Shown in pieces: positions 57,448-64,000 of a stretch of DNA of 64,000 nucleotides (its first letter is position 1; each line of letters opens with the position of its first letter). The notes below the pieces were generated by a model. That model was not told where the DNA came from and did no database searches. It saw only the letters and a program-made list of their open reading frames with translations. Source of the stretch: Elusimicrobiota bacterium (GTDB lineage Bacteria; CG03; SLGR01; JAGXOG01); NCBI GenBank assembly GCA_051745145.1, contig JBNJDT010000001.1, positions 32,001-96,000 of the forward strand. Direction: 5' to 3'. The position numbers and the translations under genes are program-made.

Positions 57448-59049
57448 TCAACCGCTAATAAAAGAATAGGCCGAATGAAACTCTTCTACAGGCATCATCC
57501 TATAGGAAGGTCCCCCTTTCTCTGTTTCCGGTTCTTTCCAGTCATGCTCTCCAAAAACCTCTTTATATACGAAATACTTTTTCCCCCCTACATCCTTATA
57601 CCCTATTATAGCTACGCTATGAACGCTAATATCCAAGGGAACTCCGAAGTTTCTGTAAATAATTCCGGCCAGTACTATCCCCCGGGATTCTAAGGCATTT
57701 ATTAAAGTTTTTTCATCGGCCCCCGTATTGGCAGAAAAAAGGACTTCATAATCTTTTATTCCGGAAGGATTTCTATGAATATTGTATTCAAAATCTTTGA
57801 TTACAGGATCCCGCAGCTGTCCGGGTTCCCACTCGGACGACAGGACTTTAGCAAATCCTTCTAAAGAGCTATTCATAGGTTCTCCGGTAACATCGTCAGT
57901 AAAAAAAGGGATTTTTTTATATGCTCCCGCACCGCTTAAAGTTGCTTCGCTTCCCTTTAAACTGCTTTTAAGATCCTGGGCCTCCTTATACCACAATCTT
58001 GTTATAGGACAGGACGGTATTTCTTCTAAATTTAATTCGTCATCTTCTTCTAAAGGAGGCTGCTTGGCATATTGCTCCCGTTTTTTTTCTACAGCTCTTT
58101 TGTTATACAGAATTTCCAGAACCCGGGGGTTCATTCCCAATTCCTCTTCCCCCCTTAAATAACTGATATAAGAATTAAATTTATAAGGAGGAGAAGAATT
58201 TCTAATCTTAAACCAGTCTGAAATATATGAGGCGGCATAAGACATGCATTTAGCGGAAACCGCACGGCTTCCCGGCATATAATTCCACTTAAGATCGTAG
58301 GCTTTATTTACGGAATTTATCCATGCTTTTTTTTCCTGTAAATTTTTGTAGGGTATCTTATCATACTCATCGATAAGAAAATCAGCAGTTTCGGGATTAA
58401 CGGGAAAACCCCACTGACGGTTAACTGGCTTATTACCTATATACTCTCTATCGGTTGACAAAAATAAAGCTATTGACCTTTTAATGGTATTGTCTTTTGC
58501 TATTCTGTCCGCTTCATAGATGGTCATGCCCACCCTGGTTAAAAAAGAGGGTTTATCAACAGAAATTAATTTAGGATAGTTGAAAAAGAATCTTCTTAAT
58601 ACCAGAGGAACGGAAACATTTTTTTTCCAGCGCGAGGGCTTGTACATATCCTCACCCGCCCCCTCGGTCCTGTATCCCGGCCACTCTGTTATATTTTTAC
58701 CGTCGGGCGTAATGTAAATCATATCCAAAAACTCATCGCCCGACTTTAAAGGGACCTGGTAGCATATTAATTCTTCTTCTAATTTAACTTTCCGGGGAGT
58801 ATCAACATTGTCCACCCTTTTATAAAAATCTTTAGCTTCTTTTTTAACTCTGTCGGGAATAGTGGGAAGGTTGGATTTACCGAGTTCATTACAAATTTCT
58901 AAAACCCGCTTTTCTATAAAATCGGTATCCGCTTTCAGGGGGGAGCTCAAAATCAGTAATAAAAAAATAACTATAACTTTTAACTTATATGATTTTTTTA
59001 TTGATAAATTTACTGTCCAATTTTTAATCGATAAAAGCATAAGCTTCAT
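57448..59049 (-). CDS. Exported protein with papain-like Cys/His motifs (paralog A)
   Basis: Signal-like segment; KCMSYAASY, HSVAIIGY, FVYKE. Confidence 0.6.
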   Translation of the reverse strand: MKLMLLSIKNWTVNLSIKKSYKLKVIVIFLLLILSSPLKADTDFIEKRVLEICNELGKSNLPTIPDRVKKEAKDFYKRVDNVDTPRKVKLEEELICYQVPLKSGDEFLDMIYITPDGKNITEWPGYRTEGAGEDMYKPSRWKKNVSVPLVLRRFFFNYPKLISVDKPSFLTRVGMTIYEADRIAKDNTIKRSIALFLSTDREYIGNKPVNRQWGFPVNPETADFLIDEYDKIPYKNLQEKKAWINSVNKAYDLKWNYMPGSRAVSAKCMSYAASYISDWFKIRNSSPPYKFNSYISYLRGEEELGMNPRVLEILYNKRAVEKKREQYAKQPPLEEDDELNLEEIPSCPITRLWYKEAQDLKSSLKGSEATLSGAGAYKKIPFFTDDVTGEPMNSSLEGFAKVLSSEWEPGQLRDPVIKDFEYNIHRNPSGIKDYEVLFSANTGADEKTLINALESRGIVLAGIIYRNFGVPLDISVHSVAIIGYKDVGGKKYFVYKEVFGEHDWKEPETEKGGPSYRMMPVEEFHSAYSFISG

Positions 59050-60628
59050 TAAATTCTTCTATGGGCATCATCCTGTAAGAAGGTCCCCCCGCGGCGGTTT
59101 CCGGCTCGTTCCAATCATGCTCCCCAAAAACTTCTTTGTATATAAAATGTGTTTTTTCGCCTATATCTTTATAGCCTATTACGGCGGCGCTGTGAATGCT
59201 GTGTTCAAGGGGAAGCCCGAAAGTCCGGTATATAATTCCGGCAAGTATAATCCCTCTGTCTTCCAGGGCCTCTTTCATCACCTGTTCATTTGCCCCGGCA
59301 TTAGAAGAAAAAAGTACCTCGTACTCTTTTATCCCGGAAGGATTTTTAAATATATTGTATTCAAAATCCCGTATGAGTTTATCCTGCAGTTCCTGTGATT
59401 CCCAATCCGAAGATAGTATTTCAGCATAAGTTTCAAGATTAGAAGTCATAACCTCTCCCGTTACGGAATCTTTAAAAAGATTAAGCCCACCAGTCCCAAA
59501 ATCCCCGCTTTTAGCAAGCATGTTCTGTACCCGCTGTCTTGCTAAAACAGCTGCCATCTGTCCCAACGGACATATTTCCGGACCGGGGGGAACAACTTTT
59601 TTCCCTTCTTTTTCTGCCTGTTTAAGTTTTTCTTTTTCACTTTCCTGAGCTACCTCTGTAAATTTTTCTTCAATTTTTTGCTCGTTTTTCTTTATACGAT
59701 CACCATACAATAATTCCAGTACCCGGGGATTCATGCCGGTCTCTTTTTCTCCCCTTAAGTAACTAATGTAATAGTTGAATTCATATGGCGGAGTTGAATT
59801 TTTAATTTTAAACCAATCTGAAATATACGAAGCAGCATAAGACAAACACTTTCCGGAGACTGCTCTTTCGCCGGGTAAATGATTCCAATTCAGGCCATAA
59901 GCTTTATTGACTTTATTTATCCATTCCTTTTTCTCCTGAAGGTTTTTATCGGGTATTTTATCATATTTATCTATTACAAAATCCGACCATTCCGGATTTA
60001 CCGGATAACCCCATTGCCGGTTAAGAGGATAATCGCCCACTTTTTCAATTTCAGTATCAACAAGAAAAGGCCACAGTGCTTCAGGTGAAAAATCCCAGGC
60101 AGACTGTTCCCCCTCTTTGGAAGTACTCCCCACTCTCGGTAAAAAAGAAGGTTTATCGGACTTAATAAGTTTGGGATACTTAATTAAATCTTTACGGACA
60201 ACTAAAGGTACGTCTGCAACTTTCTGCCAGCTCTTTTCGGTGTAAATTCCGCTGTCCAAAATATTTTCTCTGTACCCCGGCCATTCTGTAACATACTTTC
60301 CGTCGGGAGTTATATAAATCATGCCCAAAATATTATTGCCGGATTTTAAAGGAACCTGGTAGCTTATTAATTCTTCTCCTAATAAAATTTCCCGGGGTGT
60401 AGCAACGCCATCTATTTTACTATAAAATTCTATTGTATTTTTTCTAAATTTTTCAGGTTTTTCAGGTATGGTTTCTGCTGAAGATTCTACAATTTTCTGA
60501 CTTATATCCAAAACTTTTTCTTTAATAAAATCCCTATCTGCACCGCGTGCTAAAGAGTTTATACTAAATAATAAAATAATAATTAAAGTTTTAGATTTAT
60601 GGTTATCTTTTATCAAAATATTTTTCAA
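59024..60628 (-). CDS. Exported protein with papain-like Cys/His motifs (paralog B)
   Basis: Signal peptide; KCLSYAASY, HSAAVIGY, FIYKE; colinear with paralog A. Confidence 0.6.
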   Translation of the reverse strand: MKNILIKDNHKSKTLIIILLFSINSLARGADRDFIKEKVLDISQKIVESSAETIPEKPEKFRKNTIEFYSKIDGVATPREILLGEELISYQVPLKSGNNILGMIYITPDGKYVTEWPGYRENILDSGIYTEKSWQKVADVPLVVRKDLIKYPKLIKSDKPSFLPRVGSTSKEGEQSAWDFSPEALWPFLVDTEIEKVGDYPLNRQWGYPVNPEWSDFVIDKYDKIPDKNLQEKKEWINKVNKAYGLNWNHLPGERAVSGKCLSYAASYISDWFKIKNSTPPYEFNYYISYLRGEKETGMNPRVLELLYGDRIKKNEQKIEEKFTEVAQESEKEKLKQAEKEGKKVVPPGPEICPLGQMAAVLARQRVQNMLAKSGDFGTGGLNLFKDSVTGEVMTSNLETYAEILSSDWESQELQDKLIRDFEYNIFKNPSGIKEYEVLFSSNAGANEQVMKEALEDRGIILAGIIYRTFGLPLEHSIHSAAVIGYKDIGEKTHFIYKEVFGEHDWNEPETAAGGPSYRMMPIEEFNEAYAFID

Positions 60629-60741
60629 AAATTTTTCACCTGAGAAAGGATTGAAAATATGTCCCGGTATTTGTGAATCATCCTTTTAGACTAATATATT
60701 AAATGCGGAAAGAGAAATTTATAAAAATATAAATAACTTTA

Positions 60742-61191
60742 TTACAGCTCCGGTATATCTCCGCCATCTCCCTCTTCATTTTCACTATCTCTGGGAGATT
60801 CCCAGCTCTCTTCGTGGTGCTCGTAAATTACAAAATCTCTCACCTGATTTGTTTCGCCAAGACTGGCTGTAACACTTATCTGTTCATCGGATCCTTGATA
60901 ATTAGCTATAAGGGTGTATACCCGGGAAGGAGTCGATCCTATAGAAAAAGGTGCTTCCAGCTCCAATTCATAATTTCCGTCATTGTCACACTCGGCAACA
61001 TTATCCGGTTCTGACTGAGCCCAGACTATTCCATCGGATGCCGGTCCATCAATTACAATAAGGTTTGTAGATGGATCTTTGTGTGCATCCCATACCTTAC
61101 CTTCCAGCTTTACATTGTCGCTGGAACAACCTGCCCCTAAGAATATACCGCACAGTAATAAACAGAAGGTTTTAATGTGATTTTTATTCAT
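60742..61191 (-). CDS. Acidic lipoprotein with a beta-sandwich-like domain
   Basis: Signal peptide with GAGC lipobox. Confidence 0.7.
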   Translation of the reverse strand: MNKNHIKTFCLLLCGIFLGAGCSSDNVKLEGKVWDAHKDPSTNLIVIDGPASDGIVWAQSEPDNVAECDNDGNYELELEAPFSIGSTPSRVYTLIANYQGSDEQISVTASLGETNQVRDFVIYEHHEESWESPRDSENEEGDGGDIPEL

Positions 61192-61196
61192 AACTG

Positions 61197-61379
61197 TTAT
61201 TCCTCTTCTTCTTCTTGAACATTGAGATAATTAACTATTTGATCTAATTTAACCAATATTCTGGTGACCTGCCCTAACAACAGTATCACCATTACAGTTA
61301 AAAAACATAAAATCCCTATTCCCCATAACTGAATTTGCTGTATAACCATATATAATTCTTCCATCACAACTGTACCCAT
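61197..61379 (-). CDS. Small single-TM protein
   Basis: AGGAGG RBS, one TM helix, acidic tail, directly after tadC. Confidence 0.65.
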   Translation of the reverse strand: MGTVVMEELYMVIQQIQLWGIGILCFLTVMVILLLGQVTRILVKLDQIVNYLNVQEEEEE

Positions 61380-61397
61380 AATATCCTCCTTTTAAAG

Positions 61398-62300
61398 TTA
61401 TAATCCTCCACCAGTAACAAATTGTAAAGCTATTGGACCAAACAAAATTAGAAAAACGGTTGGAAATATAAACACCAGCAAAGGAAACAACATCTTTATT
61501 GGAGCCTCTGCCGCCAGTTTCTCTGCTCTTTGAAACCGCTCGGCTCTCATTTGTTCGGCCTGCCTTCTTACAATAGGTCCTATACTTGAACCTAACCTTA
61601 AAGCCTGCACTAAAGAATTCAAAACTGAATCAAGTTCAGCTATCTGCAGCCTATTTGACATATCCTTTAAGGCCCTCTCCCTTGATTTCCCCAAACTTAC
61701 TTCTTTTTGCATACGCTGAAACTCATCTAACAGGGCGTTAGGTTCAGACTTCTCAATAATTCTGTTTATTGAAGCGCTAAAGTCAAGTCCTGCTTCAACA
61801 GAAAGAGTCATCAGATCAAGAACGTCGGGCAAAGCCAGAAAGATCTCTTTCTTATATTGTTTAATTTTACCTTTAAGACGAAATTCCGGAAAATAAAAAC
61901 CGGCGCCCATACTGAGTAGAACAATAACAGCATTGTTTGAAATAAAAAGCCCCACCACTAAAAGCATAGCAATTGACAACATAATCTGACCGGCTATAAA
62001 TTCATCCGGCGCTACCTGGCCCGGATCGCCGGATTGTATAAACAGATTTTCGATTTTATCTCTTCTGTCATCTAAATAATCCCATTCAATTCTGGATACC
62101 CATTCCCCCACTCTACCTCTAAATTGCATGAGTAAGTGGGTTAAAGGTTCTTTTTCTTTCTTTTCTTTCTCTTCCTCAGTCTCTTTTTCTTTGTCGGAGA
62201 GTCTGTCCCTTACTGCCTGTCCTGCGCCCTGTGAAGAAAAAGCTGTAATTAAAAGAAAGATAATACCTACAACTAAAATTATAATTAATATTAAAAACAT
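61398..62300 (-). CDS. tadC: Tad platform protein TadC
   Basis: LPDVLDLMTLSVEAGL, RAEKLA...PIKMLFPL..FIFP. Confidence 0.93.
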   Translation of the reverse strand: MFLILIIILVVGIIFLLITAFSSQGAGQAVRDRLSDKEKETEEEKEKKEKEPLTHLLMQFRGRVGEWVSRIEWDYLDDRRDKIENLFIQSGDPGQVAPDEFIAGQIMLSIAMLLVVGLFISNNAVIVLLSMGAGFYFPEFRLKGKIKQYKKEIFLALPDVLDLMTLSVEAGLDFSASINRIIEKSEPNALLDEFQRMQKEVSLGKSRERALKDMSNRLQIAELDSVLNSLVQALRLGSSIGPIVRRQAEQMRAERFQRAEKLAAEAPIKMLFPLLVFIFPTVFLILFGPIALQFVTGGGL

Positions 62301-62303
62301 ATC

Positions 62304-63179
62304 TTATACCTCAATGTTTATTATTTTCGAAATTACAAACCAGCCCATAGCTACCATGATAATTACCACAGTTATTAAAACGTTTCCTACTATTGTATTA
62401 AATAATGGTTCCATTAGTTCAGGATCCAGCATATTTAAAACTATCATTAATAAAAAAGGACAGGCAGCAACAACTAAACCTGACAAACGGCCCTGGGAAG
62501 TCAGAGCATCAACTTTTCCTTTAAGTTTCTGCCGGGCCCTCATGGTATCGGCAATCCGGGAAAGTATTTCTCCGAGATTACCGCCGGTTTCCCGGGATAT
62601 GTTTATAGCCGTTACCGTCATTCTAAGCTGTTCGGATTCCACTCTTTCAGTAGTATTTTCCAAGGCTTCTGACATGGAAACTCCAAGTTTAAATTCCCTT
62701 AATGTCTCACCAAAAATTTCAGACAGCGGTTCTTTGGATTCAGTTACCATAAGTTCTAAAGCCTGCGGAAAACTTGAACCGGAAGTCAAAGCATTTGTAA
62801 TAAGAGAAAGTCCATCAATAAACTGCTGATCAAATTTATCCATATATTTTTTATATAGATAATTACTGACCATCCCCGGTATAAAAGTCCCCCCTATTCC
62901 AAAAACAACTGTCCAGTAAAGTCTTCCAAGTACAATAAAAGTTATCAGAGCCACCACACCTCCGGCACCTACTTTTATCAACCGGGATATAGTGCTCCTG
63001 GGCTCTTCCCTTAATTTGTCCAATACCCAATCAGTAGGGGTTTTTCCTTTTTCTCTTTCTTCGCTTTCCTTTTTAGCTTCTTCTTTAACTTTATCAAAAT
63101 AACTGTTTAAGAAAAGAACTAATTGAACTATTCCGAAAAAAAGAACCGCCAGTATTAAAATCTTTATTATATTAAACAT
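62304..63179 (-). CDS. tadB: Tad platform protein TadB
   Basis: QFIDGL, ALTSGSSF.QAL, ETGGNLGEIL, LTSQGRLSG. Confidence 0.93.
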   Translation of the reverse strand: MFNIIKILILAVLFFGIVQLVLFLNSYFDKVKEEAKKESEEREKGKTPTDWVLDKLREEPRSTISRLIKVGAGGVVALITFIVLGRLYWTVVFGIGGTFIPGMVSNYLYKKYMDKFDQQFIDGLSLITNALTSGSSFPQALELMVTESKEPLSEIFGETLREFKLGVSMSEALENTTERVESEQLRMTVTAINISRETGGNLGEILSRIADTMRARQKLKGKVDALTSQGRLSGLVVAACPFLLMIVLNMLDPELMEPLFNTIVGNVLITVVIIMVAMGWFVISKIINIEV

Positions 63180-63180
63180 A

Positions 63181-64000
63181 TTATATTAATTCCTCTGCAC
63201 TAATATTTTCAACATTATCGTCATCATCCGGATTTTCAGGTTGTTTTGAATCCCTCTCCTTTTCTTTCTCTTCTTTCTTTTTTGATGTATCTTCTGACTC
63301 TTTCTGTATCTCAATTTTTTCTCCACAAGAAGGACAAAATTTGGCCTTGACAGGAATAGAATCGCCGCAGGAGGGACAAATTTTTTCTCCCGCTTTTGTC
63401 GCTGATTTTTCTTCCTGCCGTGGTTCACCGGAATCCTTTTCTATTGGTTCGTCTTTACTCGGTTCAGACGGTTCATTAACCTTTTGTATAGTTTCACTCT
63501 CACTTTTTTCCAAGCTACCTTTTTCTTTGTCATCCCCCTGTTTTTTATCCTCATCCTCTGGAGACTCTTCTTTTATATCATCCGAACCCCAATCCAATCC
63601 CCCCGGCTGCGGGGTTTCCTTTTCAACTTCAGCGGGTTCTTCAATAGCTTCTTCTTTTACTTCAGTTGTTTCTACCTTCTTATTATCCTCTTCTTCTTCA
63701 GGACTCGAGATTTCTTTTTCAGCTTCCTCTTCCGGTTTAGAAACTTCTTTTTCTTCTTCAGATTCATCAGATATTTTTTCGGTTTCTTCTTCAGTTTCCG
63801 GAAAATCGTCGGACTCCACTTTAATGCTTTCCGGCTCTTCTTCTTTGGTCTCTTTTTCTTCAGCTTTTTCCGGTTCCTGGTCTTCTTCATCATCAATCAG
63901 ACCAATCTGCCGTTTTTCCGCATCCGTTAAAATTTCCGGACCGGTTTCCTGGGGTTTTTCTTTAAAAATATCAAAATCCAGCTCAATTCCCTGAGCAATT
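63181..64000 (-). CDS. C-terminal part of a probable TadA/CpaF ATPase with acidic tail and zinc ribbon (5' end beyond the window)
   Basis: The frame is open to the window end (IAQGIELDFDIFKE..., resembling CpaF C-termini); immediately upstream of tadB; CPSCG...FCPSCG. Confidence 0.6.
   Translation of the reverse strand, partial: IAQGIELDFDIFKEKPQETGPEILTDAEKRQIGLIDDEEDQEPEKAEEKETKEEEPESIKVESDDFPETEEETEKISDESEEEKEVSKPEEEAEKEISSPEEEEDNKKVETTEVKEEAIEEPAEVEKETPQPGGLDWGSDDIKEESPEDEDKKQGDDKEKGSLEKSESETIQKVNEPSEPSKDEPIEKDSGEPRQEEKSATKAGEKICPSCGDSIPVKAKFCPSCGEKIEIQKESEDTSKKKEEKEKERDSKQPENPDDDDNVENISAEELI

Noticed and set aside
62128..63994. Long plus-strand ORFs (62128-62829, 63341-63994, 63484-63930)
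   Set aside because: Antisense shadows of tadB/tadC and the acidic tail; their S/F-rich composition mirrors E/K codons.

Overview
AT-rich chromosomal window from a diderm bacterium (Skp/OmpH, MltD, PorV-like barrel). The gene content suggests an Elusimicrobiota-like lineage, possibly from a saline habitat; both are inferences. The first ~32 kb is mostly housekeeping: start of the dcw cluster (mraZ-rsmH-ftsL-ftsI), rnhA, two tRNAs, an AdnAB-type helicase-nuclease pair, mltD, mscS, dcd, fadD, PIN-PhoH, tatD, purC and pckG. Two features stand out there. One is a ~248-nt RNase P RNA that appears to lack P8, P9, P13, P14, P18 and P19. The other is a tight operon of lysine 2,3-aminomutase, a divergent PurD-like ATP-grasp enzyme and an EctA-like acetyltransferase, a candidate new beta-lysine-derived osmolyte pathway. 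The second half has a 1766-aa surface protein (12 cadherin-like repeats) paired with a PorV/PorQ-like gene, followed by a large Tad/Flp pilus locus. That locus has three tandem flp transcription units missed by the ORF track, each with the same operator, promoter and hairpin. It also has an embedded glycosylation/modification cassette (three paralogous GT-C-like proteins, GT87, GT2, methyltransferase, possibly exported HDAC), minor pilins, two papain-like paralogs, tadC, tadB and the acidic C-terminus of a probable TadA/CpaF. No CRISPR array, rRNA or transposase was seen. All calls come from reading the sequence; no searches were run.
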